From Lama guanicoe (lineage: Eukaryota), in the NCBI GenBank assembly GCA_013239625.1, contig MU054212.1, forward strand, positions 9,844,898-9,908,897: 64,000 nucleotides of DNA, given 5' to 3'. Every line of letters begins with the position of its first letter. Position 1 is the stretch's first letter. The position numbers were made by a program, and so were the translations under genes. Of the stretch, positions 12,346 to 24,292 are shown piece by piece. The notes under the pieces are model-generated. The model was given only the letters and a program-made list of their open reading frames with translations. It was not told where the DNA came from and ran no database searches.

Positions 12346-13889
12346 GGGTCCTTTATTTAAATTTGACTTCCCTGCACAGGACCTGGCCTGACTATAGCAC
12401 CCAGCCTCACATGGCTGGAACGCGTTGTCAGTAAGAGGCAGAGAAGACAGGGCCATTATTGCATGCCACAGACACCACCATTTCTACCCTCTCCTGGAGC
12501 CAGGCCTTATTTAACCAAATCAATGCACACAGATTGCCCAGCTGTTAGACACAGAGGCAGGACCTCGGGGAGCTCCAGGGGAGAGGAGGCCTGGCTTAGA
12601 ATATTTGACAAGCAGATGATGATTAAACTCCCTTTGTGTTGTTGAGAGCAGAACTAGGGCAAACCGCTGAGAGTGTCGGCAAGCAAATTTGAATCCACCG
12701 CGAGGAAGAACTTTCCAGCCCTTCGGAGCTGCCCAGAAGGAGAAGGTTTTGTCTTAAGTGATCGCTCATCTGCCATTCAGAGGAGTTGCCCGTCCCATTG
12801 CGGAAGAGCAGAAACTGACAGAAGCAGCTTTTTCTGTCAAACGAAAGCCCATCAATTTTTCTTTATTAGGCCAACCATTGGTCCTAATTTTAGATTCTGG
12901 AGCTGCAGCAAATAAAGCTAATCACGCTCTCACATTTTACGAGAGGGGCTTGTAAATGAGTTTCTAATTGGTGGAATTTCAGGCATGGTTGTAAAGTGAA
13001 ATGAAGGATTTCGGGCCAGTGGGGAGATATTCGGGGGGTAGTGTGGTCTTTTCAGAGCCTTTAAATCATGCCACAGAGCTGACCGGCTACGATCTGGGGT
13101 TGGATGAATTTATGAGAAATTCACTTAACTTTCAATTGCTAAAGGTTCTTTTGGTGGGAACAGTCGAATCAATGGGGCTCTGGAAGTTTCCTTGGAGGCT
13201 TTGGTAAATGCCCTTTGACTTTTAGACTCAGATGGTGAAGTTGAGGTTCCCAATTTAGGAGATGGCTGTGCTGGATGGGGCAGGGGCAAGGGCAAGGGGG
13301 CACTTGGAAGTGATCCCTGCATCTCATCCATGTGCTTGGGGATCTTTGTGGAAAGAATGCAGATTACGAGAGTAAGCAGTGCTGACTGCACCCACAAGCT
13401 GGGCCTGGGAGGAGCTCTACCCCTCCCTCACGTCCCTGGTACCCGACATGGCATGTCATTCCGGGAGGTGCCCTGGCTTCTGCCTCTGTGGTCCCTGTTA
13501 GCTGAGAGCAACACTCAATAGCACCGAAGAGGTACTTGAGCTTCCTGCTGGAGGCCACAAGCAGGGGCAGGTGTTTTAGGGTCTCGGCCTCCCCTTTCCT
13601 TACCACTTCCCTTCTCAGCCCTCTTCTGTAGGCACACTGTTCTGGATCACACCGGATCCCAAGTGTTGTGGAAGCAAAAATGTAGTTCTTTACCTCCCAG
13701 TGAGGTGCTGGTGACTGACTCAGAGCAGCCTGAATGCCTAGCCCGGGGAGTGCAGCATAGTCAATTTCTCAGATATTTCCTGCTCTCCCAGTCTTCCTTG
13801 TTTATGTAACCCACCGTTATCACTCCTTTTTTAGGAGGTAGCTAGGAAACCCAGCCTGGTTCTCTATGCACACAGCCACTCATCCCTCT

Positions 13890-14210
13890 ATCCATCAGTG
13901 CGTCCATCCATCCATGCATGCCTTTATTTGACAAGCACTTACTGAGCATCAGACATGGTGCTAGGCACTACAGACACACTCAGGGTAAAATGAGGTCCTT
14001 GCATGACTAGCTGAGAGATAGACCTGCAAATACAGATGCCCAGGACCATGAGGCGGTAGCAGCAACGGAGGTTTGCACCAAGGGCAGTAGGACCCAGGAG
14101 AGGCCTGGCTGCCTGGGGGAGTCAGGGAAGGTGTGAAAGAGACTTGATAACTGAGCCAGTACTTTCCGAACAGACACGTGGACAAGGGAAGCTCAGTGCA
14201 GGGTCCAGAG
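13890..14210 (-). mobile_element. L2 3' fragment
   Basis: (TCCA)n tail, ACAAGCACTTACTGAGCATC...GTGCTAGGCACT, GGAGTCAGGGAAGG. Confidence 0.6.
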
Positions 14211-16513
14211 GTAAGAGGCCACCCGCTATGTTTAGAGAGGTTTCCAGAAGGCAAAGCCTGCTTCTGTATTTGCCCCTCATTGTACATCTGCTCATAGTGG
14301 ACCCTCGCCCTTTCTAGAATACACAGCTATGCATATCATTAAGTTTATACACATGAATTAATTGTTTACTTTCTATTAAACTAATACATGCACATGATGA
14401 CAAAATTCAGATTTATGATAAGATTTCCCCCCCAAAAACCTAGCAGTTTCTTTGCCTCCTACTCTTCTCTCTAGCTTTCTGTCTTATTGTCAGTCTTCTG
14501 AGAGCCCAGTAGGTGAAGGAAGATGGGGGTATCTCATCACTGAGTCTTAAGATTTGACTCCATGTGGTTGCCAGCTCTGCAGGAGACAGGCGTGGGGCCT
14601 GACCCCCGGACCACCTGCGTTTAGCAAAGAGGAAGATCGTGAAGGTAATGAAGGGGACAGAGGAGTGGTGAGAATGTCAGGAAGAGAACCAAGGAGGGGA
14701 AGCCGATCAACAGCCCAGATGCCCAGTTTTCTTTAGGCGATCATCGAAGACCTTCCCTGCTACAGTGGAGGTGGAACCCAGCCCGGGGGAAAGAGCAAAG
14801 AGATGGGGGCAGACAAGCTAAACGGTCCCGTAGAGACCAAACTCTCCATCGTGCTAGAAACCTGCCCTTCCGTCGGCACTGCCGGCTCTCGTTCACGTCC
14901 CTTCCAAAGGTTCTGAATATATTCCGACGAAATCGGGCATGTGTGCACATCCGCCATCAGAAGTGATTGACAGGAGGCAAGAGGGACTCTTAAATGTATG
15001 AAAGTAAAACAAACACTTTATTTAAGGAAAAGGCAACTTGGAAAAAAAAAAGGAGCCTAATAAATAACTCAGTGCAGCTGGCTTAAGCACTTTAAAGCCA
15101 GTGTCTGTGATAAGCAATGAAAACATTAATATAAAATGCTTCGCCATGAATGAGTACAATTCAGGCTGATGTATCGCAGCTGAGCCGGCTGTCGGATGGC
15201 ATGCTTTTAAAGTGATGTTTACAATCAGTGTTTTTCCCTTTGGTAACTAGAAGAAGGCCGAAATGGCTGGAAGCCTTGCCAGGGTGTGGCTCTGAGCCTC
15301 GGGAGGGTGGGAGCCCTGCCAGGCGGCTGGCTTTCCTCTACCTATGGCCCTGTTCCCAGCCAGCTCACGACAGGGCAGGAAGGAAGATGAGAGCAGGGTG
15401 GGGTGGGGCCGGCACAGAGGGCTGGGAGCCTGGGTCCAAACAGCGGCTGTGAGGTCTGCAGACGGTGGGGCTGGGTTTCGGGGCTCTCTGTGTCCCCAGC
15501 TAGTCTTCTTTTTAGTGTGTGGGTAGTCTGAAAATCATCCTCTAAAGGACATTCCTTGTTACGCTGCAATGGTCACAGTAAGAGCATCCCGTGTTTGCTG
15601 GGTGCCAACTCGTGCGGGGCCTGCGCTGAGCAGAGTGGTCCCTCCTGGGGAGGCACCCGCCACTTCCTGCGGTCCTGGCTCCCAGCCTGTGTACACAAAC
15701 TCACCCGGCCTCCGAAGGCCCTTTCTTTCTCGCTGTCTCAGGCTGCTTCTCCCTTGCTTGGCTAACGCTCTTTCTCTGTCCTGGGTTTCCAGCAATCCTG
15801 CTGGTTGACTGGGGAATTGGAGCTGTTTTGTTTTCGTTTGTTCTTCATCATTGTCTTCAATGAAATGAATCACAAGGCCTTTTCCTTAAAGTGTTCAGCT
15901 TTTGAATTTGAGAGCCCATCCCGGGGCCCAGTGCTGTCTCCCAAGCCTGTCCTCTTCTTCCACAGGGGGTGGTGACAGCTCAGCGGTGCCGTAGAGTGGG
16001 AGGTGGGATGCAGGATTTTCCTGAGGCTGAACTCACCACAAATGATTTCTGGAACAAAATCAGCCCGAATAACTCCCTTCCCGATGAGAAAAATCTGCAC
16101 TCAAAGGGCCAGGAAAACTCGGCACTCCCTGGTCGCCACTGTGCATTTTTTTCCAGACCCCAATTATAAATTTGAACTGAACAGACGTATTATACGGAGA
16201 TGCTGTAAAACATCATTAGGAACAGCTTTTGCATCCGTGGTAATAAATCCATACCTGCAGTCACTCTCCGTTGCTTCCTAACTCTTTGATAACTTCGAAA
16301 AATGTAAATTCTGTTCCAGGGGAAATTTAAGTGAATGGATTGGTGCCCCTTTCCTTCATTCTTCTGCTCCCGTCCATCCCCATCCGCTTGCGCCACAGCA
16401 CCATTCAGGATGGAGAGGAGGTTGGAGAGAGGAGAGTTCAAATCTCCAATCACTGACTCTGACCTCAAATCCACTGCATGATCTCGGAGGATTTAGATAC
16501 TTTCAGTGCCCCA

Positions 16514-16901
16514 TGTGGTCGACTGCTTCTAAGTGGGTCTCAGTGATCTCTGCCAGGTGGTGTTCATGCCCACTGTGTGGGCCGGACCTAGTGAGTCGCT
16601 TCTAATGAATAGATTATTGCGAAAGGGATGGGAGGCCACTTCTGAGGTGAAGTTATAAAAGACTGATTTTTATCTCTCCCTTGGCTTCTTGGCTTGCTGG
16701 CTCTGGTGAGGCAGGCTGTCGTGGTGGAGATACCCACACAGCAAGGACCTGAGGGGGGACTCTGATTAACAGGCAGTGGGAAACTGAGAGCCTCAGTCCA
16801 ATGGCCCTCAAAGAATATAATCCTAGATAATAATAAATGTGGATTGTTTTAAGCCACTAAGTTTGGGGCAATTTGTTACACAGCAGTAGATAACTAATAC
16901 A
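16514..16901 (+). mobile_element. MaLR solo LTR (MLT1F-like)
   Basis: TG...CA termini; internal GTGTGGGCCGGACCTAGTGAGTCGCTTCTAATGAATAGA; 3' AATAAATGTGGATTGTTTTAAGCCACTAAGTTTGGGGCAATTTGTTACACAGCAGTAGATAACTAATACA. 5-bp TSD CCCCA/CCCCT. Confidence 0.88.
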
Positions 16902-18410
16902 CCCCTTATGTCACTAAAATGGAACCGTTCCCACCAGCCCTCCTAAGTATAGCAGGAAGAATGGGGTATTAAGACACATTTCAACACTGAAGCTTTATTC
17001 TGGTTGCATCTGTAGTAGTCACTGATTTATTCATAAATACTTACTTAACATCAATTATAGTTATGTGCTGTGCTGTGAATGTGGGCTACAAAAATGAATA
17101 TGACATTCTTGCTTCCTCTGATGAGGTTGTGGCCTTTATGAGGGGAGTGATGTATAGTTTGGAAATAGTGAAATACAATATATTAAAGATTCTGAAATAC
17201 CCTCAAATGGTTTGGAAGTCCAGATACCATATACAATCTCATGTAATAAAACTGTTGACCAACGTAGCAAGAATTCTTGGAAATCTCTAGGGATCTCTAT
17301 TCCTCCTTTCCCAGTGGCAGTGCCAACAAGAAAGAATGCATTTAAGAACAGAAGGCTTAGAATTTGATATACCCTTGGGTATAATCCCAAAGTGTGTGTG
17401 GATGTACTCTGGCATCTTGAACCCAAGTCCTAGGACACACTTTCAGTAGGCGTGCCCACACCGTTTCGGATCCTTGGCTCTGGCCCCATGATGTGCTCCG
17501 TCCACAACAAGCCCTATACTTTCACACTGTTCCTAGTCCCTCCAATGTCTTCTGTGATTTCTCCCTCTCACAAGACCTCCAAGAGTCTCTGGAATCCCAA
17601 CTATATTCCAATGCCGGAGTCTCTCTGGCTTCACGTATGTTGTTTGTTCACACATTCACTCCTTTATTCAACACAAATGAAATGGGGGTTCCAGGCTGCC
17701 CTACCCCTCTTCCCCAAGAAGGTGACAGTAAGTTCTGGACTTCAAAAAGAGTAGACTGAAAAAAGCATTTGTTGAAAATCTGTTTGAGGAGTTGTCAGTT
17801 GTCCAGAGCCCCTTCAGTGTCCAGCTTCACACTGTGACAGGAGAAGGGAAATTTAGTCTCTGGGTAAACTGAACCACAGAGGCCCAGACCCTGCATCATT
17901 GGCCACAATAGAGGGTGAGGGCATGGCGCCTTAATGAAAACAGTGCTTAAATGAAGACCGTGCTTAGCCTATGCTATTAGCATCATTGCTTCCATGTGAC
18001 GAGACTTGAATTGGTTATCTCCATCCCTGATCACTCACTAACCCAGTATGAACCGCCTGCAGAACAGCTCTGCTGGGAAATTTCAGCATTATTGCCATCA
18101 TAATCATGCAAATCCATGCAAGTTCTCTCAGCATCATTTTGGTCCTCACACATTCAGGCATCGAGTGCCTCAGGGCCTTTGCACTGGCTTTCTTTGTTCT
18201 CTCTCCATATATTGGCACAGCTTCTTCCAATTCAAATACTTGTCCACACTTCACCTTCATAATGAGTCCTCCTCTGATCATCTTTTTAAAAATTGCAGCC
18301 CTCAACCTTTTACCCCAAACTTGAACAACAGTTAGGGCATATAGTCATCCCTCAACACATGGTTTTAGAATGAAGTGGAGTGCTTGAGCAGAGACTGGAA
18401 GCCTATATAT

Positions 18411-18412
<2 letters not shown>

Positions 18413-18448
<36 letters not shown>
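18413..18448. repeat. (TG)18 microsatellite
   Basis: Perfect TG run at the tail position of the adjacent antisense L1. Confidence 0.95.
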
Positions 18449-18452
<4 letters not shown>

Positions 18453-18455
18453 TGT

Positions 18456-18858
18456 GTTGAAATACATAGATTTGCCATTATTATCATTTTTAAGTGTACA
18501 GTTGAGTGGCATTTAGTACATTCACATTGGTGTGTAACCATCAGCGCTATCATTTCTAGAACTTTCCCCATTATCCCAACTGAAACTCTGAACCCATTAA
18601 ACAATAACTCCCCATCTTCTCTCTTCCCCCAGCCCCTGGGACCCACATTCTATCTTCTGTCTCTATGGATTTGACTCCTCTCGGTATCTCATGTAAGTGG
18701 AGCTCTACAATTTTTCTTTGTATGGCCTATTTCACTGAGACTAATGTTTTCAAGGTTCAACTGTGCATGTAGCCTGTGTCAGCATTTCTTTTTATAGCTG
18801 AATAATATTCTCTTGCAGGTATAGATTACATTTTGTTTATCCATTCATCCACTGATGG
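18456..18858 (-). mobile_element. Old LINE-1 3' end (L1MB-like)
   Basis: TTTTAAGTGTACAGTTGAGTGGCATTTAGTACATTCAC...CCCATTAAACAATAACTCCCC...TTTATCCATTCATCCACTGATGG is the antisense L1M 3' UTR/ORF2 end. TGGAAGCC occurs on both flanks (18396, 18860). Confidence 0.85.
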
Positions 18859-19530
18859 TGGAAGCCCTTATATTTTTTTTTTCAGAGATGATGTCCAAAG
18901 GACTGTAGTGTGGGATGGCCACGGGCTAGGTCCCCTGTTGTGTTTCTCTTGATGGTAAGATCCACTGAGCTGTTTCTCCCACGGATTTGTGGTGCTTAGC
19001 TCACCAGGGGAGGGGGACTTCTGAACGATTCGAGGAAGCCCCAAGGCTTTGGGTATGGAATTGTTTATCTCTCCCCAATACTACCGTGGGAGCTGGAGAT
19101 GGAATTTAGTCAAAGTTGTGAGGATGAGTTATCTACCTTATGGTTTGTAAATAATTTAAAAATGGACTCGATGTCTCCAAACATTATCTATATCAATTCT
19201 TTATCAGATAGGTGACTTCAGGCTAAACACTGAAACCACAAAACAAAACAGGAAATAAAAACAACAACTGTAGTCAGGAACAGTGGAGAAATCACGTTGC
19301 TGGTGAGCCTGAGGGGATCCCCACCCAGCGCCCGAGCTGCCGTGAGCTGGCAGAGCCTGGGGACACGCTGGCTGGCCGGCTGGCCGGCTGGCCGGGTGTC
19401 TTCTGGCCCCTGAGAGCGCGCTCATGTTCATTCAGCTGTGCCCCACCCTCCTTTACCTCCTCCTTCTGTCTTGTTTCATCTTGTTCCGTTTTTCACCTAA
19501 TAATCTGCCAGGGATGTTTGTTATTTTAAA

Positions 19531-19586
19531 AGGGTATATGTGCATATATGTGTATATATATATACGTATGTGTGTATGTGTATATA

Positions 19587-19619
<33 letters not shown>

Positions 19620-19732
19620 TATATATGTGTGTGTGTATATATATATATATATGTATATATATGTACAACTGGGACACTATGCTGTACACCAGAAATTGAC
19701 ACATTGTAAATGATTATTCTTCTATAAAAAAA
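19531..19732 (+). mobile_element. Short LINE-1 3' terminus with expanded (TA)/(TG)/(CA) microsatellite
   Basis: The microsatellite runs into ACAACTGGGACACTATGCTGTACACCAGAAATTGACACATTGTAAATGATTAT...AAAAAAA, which resembles the 3' end of the L1 at 10480-10560. Confidence 0.8.
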
Positions 19733-20777
19733 TTACACAAGGACATACATCAGTTTTCCTTCTGTTTTGACCTTGTACCCCCATGCATATTTTTTTTTCT
19801 TCCCTCTTGCGTGTGTTTAATGCAGTTCTGGGCACTAGGGATGCTACTTAAGACAGTAAAATGAGTCTGAAGGATCCTCCCCCTACTCTCCCTGGGCCTG
19901 GCGCTCTCTCTCCGGCAGCCACCAAGGGCCTGGCAGAGCACACAGAGGGAGCCTCCCTACCTCTCTCCCAGGGAGGCCTTCCTCCACTGCTCTCCGCCCT
20001 GAAGGCAGACGACGTGGGTGAGCACTTGTCCCATTCCCTGCCTTGGGTTGGTGTGTCACGGAGGAAAACGTCGTCTGACTGTTGATGGCTATACGCGAAA
20101 GAAAAGCAGAAGGCTGATGAATTCCAGGGGAGGTGTTTGGAACCTGAGATGCTCCGAAGGTCCCTCTCTCTGGGAACCTGGGGAGATCCTGTGACCACTT
20201 CCACAGCTGGCAGAGGTGGGATGTGGAGGGGAGGGGGAGCTCCCAGGTTCGGAACTCCAAACACGCTCTCCTGTAGAAAATGTTGCGGTCTAGGGTGCTC
20301 TTAGAACAGTATTACGCTCCAGTTACACGGGGTTTCCACAGGCTTCTGTAGGCTGCCTGGAGCCCTAACCACCACGCACAACATGGTTTCTATGGGAAAA
20401 TGCATTTTGAGTACCAGAAAACCGACATACAGTCACACTTTTGGAATAGAGCCCGCTCTTAAGTTGGAGACTGCGTGAATCCCACATTCCCAGCTAAATT
20501 ATATGGATAGTCCTATTTTTAAGGCATATGCCTATTTCCAAGACACCCAGCTTACATAACAATGGGAACTGGAGGGAAGGATTGGTGAAGAAGGAATCGT
20601 GCTCTTGGTGAGGACGGGGGAAGATGCGAACATTCACTGTGTAAGATACATTCACTTCTACATGGAAGAAGAGTAGAAAACACAGAAATAGCTAAAATCT
20701 TCTCTAGGTTTGTGTGGTCTGCCCTACATGGGCTGTCTTTTAAGTGGCGCCCACATCCATATTGTTCCTAACTTTTA

Positions 20778-21137
20778 AAAAATTTTCTATTGAAGTGTGG
20801 TTGATTTACAATGTTGGTTTCAGGTGTACAGCAAAGTGATTCAGTTACACATATACATATGTACATGTTTTCTTTTCAGATATTTTTTCATTATAGGTTA
20901 TTACAAGAAATTGAATATAGTTCCCTGTGCTATACAGTAGGTCCTTGTTGTTTATCTTAGCAATAGATATGTTGTAACGTGTGTTTGTTAAGCCCAGAGT
21001 CCTAATTTATTCCTCCCTGCCCTTTCCCCTTTGATAACCATAGTTTTATTTTCCATGTCCATGAGTCTGTTTTTGGTGTGTAAATAGAAAAAAAAAATAT
21101 ATATATATATACATATATATTTTAGATTCCACATACA
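20778..21137 (-). mobile_element. Young LINE-1 3' UTR fragment
   Basis: TTGAAGTGTGGTTGATTTACAATGTTG...GAATATAGTTCCCTGTGCTATACAGTAGG...TTTAGATTCCACATA. Decayed TSD GTTCCTAACTTTTA (20764-20777) / GTTCTTAATTTTA (21138-21150). Confidence 0.9.
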
Positions 21138-24100
21138 GTTCTTAATTTTAAGACCCATGCTTGAATTCTATGATAGGTTGAAAGAAGGTTGAGTTAAATT
21201 AGGAGTTTCTGGTATAAGCAAGGTCTGCATTCTACAGGATTTACCCAAGTCACGAAGCATCCTTAATCTCCCATCTCCCTTTGGTGTGTGGGCTTCCAGG
21301 ATGACGCACGATGAACATCCAGTGCCAGACCTAGACTTCCTTGCCCCAGATGGGCTGAACCTGCAGAAGCCAGCAACAGCTTTGTGAAGACCCTGTCTCG
21401 GTGCCCGTTCTCCAGTGCAATCAGCTACTCAAGGTCAACACTCATATCCATTGGTCACCAACTCAGTGTTAAAAACCTTGGCTGTTCTGTGTCTAAAGAT
21501 GAACAAATCTAGATTCAGTTCATTTTACTTTACTTCAAAGAATTCAGTGCAACTCAGTAATTCAGGGAGTTAAACGAATTTATTTCAGTTTGACTACTTT
21601 AAATCAACAACTCAAATCAGCTCAGATGAGAACTGCATCCAATACCCCAAGCACTGGTTAAACCACTCGAGTTGGCTGGTGGTATGTTCTTAACTACGGA
21701 AAGTCACGAAGATGGTTCAGTTGGCCTTTGGGTTGGCAGAGAGCTGTGGGATGAATTGTCTCCTCCTCTCCAACTGTGTGTGTTTTATTCATAGACTGCC
21801 CTTGTATCCCAGACAAAAATAACTCATGTAAATGCTGTTGTTTTTCAATTGTGAATTTAAGAGACAGAGTTTTAGTTCTGATTCATGCCTCATGTTTGGA
21901 AGGGTAGTTGGTGTCTCATGACAAGAAGAAAGACGTGCAGGGAGAAGTGGGCAGGACCAGTGCCTGAATTCTTGGGAGAAGCTGGCTCTTCTCCACGCCA
22001 TGATCACCACAGCATCCACACCCATACCCTGTGCCTGAGTGACGGGGTAGACTTCCCATCCCGGAACGGAACACCATGCAGTGTGTGTAGCTTCTCCATG
22101 CCTGGCCTGTTCATTGGTACAGGACTGTTTTCTATGGAAAGACCTACCTAAGTCTAGAAGGATAGATCTGTGTGCTGAGAGGGGCAGTGAGGAAAGGAGG
22201 GAGGGAGGGAGGGAGGGATAGAAGCTTTCTTGCATCCTGATCATCATAGGGATGTAGAACTCCAGCCGAAGGGCAAGAACACCAGGCTCTAGGTTTGGAG
22301 GGAGGCCTCAGTTTTGGTTCTCGCTCTGTTACAAACCAGCTGGGTGATCTTGTGCAGATCATTTGCCTTGTGTGAGCAAGCTGATTGCTAACATGTCTGT
22401 TAACTCTGTAATTCGAGCTAGTGCTGGTACCCATGGGCGGGGGGATAAGCTGCCTGTGTCCCTGGGCACAGCTTTGGCCAGATCCAGCAGTGGATAGCTG
22501 GAGCTGGAGCAGCTTTCAGCCTACAGTTCTTTACTTTCTGTGTTAATCCTGACCCAGCAGGTTAGCTTTTAGTCACCTGGCCCCATGAGCCAGTAGATTC
22601 TGAAACTGATTGTTTGTCGACAGCCTTAGATGTCACTGTGAAAGTTTTTCCTTTAACACCAGCAGCCCCATCTCTGCCATCAGTACCATCATGAGGTCAT
22701 AAATATATACCTGGCTCTGTATTAATCGCTTTTCATTTGTTTTCTCATTTTGTCTTTATCACAGTTCCAGAAGGAGGTGTTCACCCCATTTTTCAAATGA
22801 ATAGGCTGGATTTCAGCCCACATTTACCTAATTTTGAAACTCAGTCCCTTAAGCCCTAATGACAGAACCCTCAAGGAAGGTTTTCTACTACTGTTTTGTA
22901 ACTACCACCCCATTCTTTGGAAGGGGCAGAATGCTGTCTTGAAACCCACGCAATGGGTTGACTCTCTAGCAGATTTTTGCCTAGACTCTGTGAGCCTGGA
23001 CCCCATTCTTTGCCTTCCAAACTAGTGGACAGTTTCTAGCTCTAAATGAACCAAACATCCCCAACCAGGATGCTGCCCCCACCTGAATCTGATAACACTG
23101 GCCACAGGGCCCATCCTGCTGGACCTCCCCATCTTCTGAACTGCAGATCTCAGGGCCCGCTGGAGCCAAGGCTGACTTCATCACAACTCTTTGGGGCTCT
23201 TGGTCGCTAATTTGAAGTCAGCCCTATGCCTCTCCCAATTTCCTTACCCCTCCCGTGGGCATCCTCTGCTTCATCACCTGCCCTGCTGCTGAGCGCTCAG
23301 CACGAGTCCCACCTGACTTCACTTGACTTATGACATCTGGGGCCTGTGGGAAAGAATATTGTGGAACATGGTAATCCAACCCCAGACTGGAAGGTGACCC
23401 CAGGAGCCAAGCCAGCAGGAGGTGGTATACGGGTTGCCCAACAGAGCTCCATAAATACACCTTTTGTCTTACTCACGTGTTCCTTTTGGCTCTCACTTGT
23501 TTCTTTGCTTGTGGAGAGCTCTTGAGCACAGAGCCACAGGGGAGAGAGGTGGCCCAGTCTTGTTCTGCCTCCGCTACTTGTAGGATTTGGTTGTTTTCCA
23601 TCTCAATTATACTCCTTGCATCTGTGGCTGGCAGGCACACTACCTTTAAAGCAGTTTATTTTAAAAGCCCTCTCTCTGCTGAGTAAAGCTGTTCTGTGGG
23701 GAACTGTGAGATTTCTAGGGATGGTTTCATGGTGTGCATGCGTGCGTGTGCATGCGTGTTTGTGTATAAGGGGTGGTCATGGGGATGGTGGTAGTTCCTT
23801 TCTTGCTTACCATTACCTTGGAAGGTCAGAGCTTGCCAACATGGGCTGGGAATAATTACATGCCTCCTAGCCTTGAGCTTCATCAAACACACAGACTTCA
23901 GCTTGTGATACCACTATTGAATCAACTGGCCACAGTGATGATATTGTGAAGGGGAGCCAGAGCTTGTTGGTGGATTTAAATGGGTTACAGCACCATGAAT
24001 TTAGGTTATATGTATCTAACAATGACTAACTATAAATACTTTGGAGGACTAAGACTCTGAAGATCCCTGACTGAATGCAAATGTCATCCTGCAGAAATAA

Positions 24101-24239
24101 CAGTTTATAACTACCAACCATTCATACTTTAGTATAAATTAACCTGTAGCTGGCCCAATTACCAAGTGCAAGATCTTCCCATATCTACTGTAACTAATAG
24201 ATAATTCATTCATTTACCTTTTGATTTACTTATTTGAGA

Positions 24240-24292
24240 ATTTGTTTCTTAAGAAACAAATATATACTGTATACTCTATATACTGTATACTC
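24240..24292. repeat. 22-bp perfect palindrome abutting a 16-bp tandem duplication
   Basis: ATTTGTTTCTTAAGAAACAAAT (24240-24261), then TATATACTGTATACTC twice (24261-24276, 24277-24292). Confidence 0.95.

Noticed and set aside
19567..19611. Long inverted repeat or hairpin
   Set aside because: By-product of a compound (TG)/(TA)/(CA) microsatellite in an L1 tail.
21490..21650. Repeated TTCAG/ACTCA pentamers resembling an array
   Set aside because: Irregular spacing and no conserved unit; degenerate simple repeat. There is no CRISPR-like array in the window.
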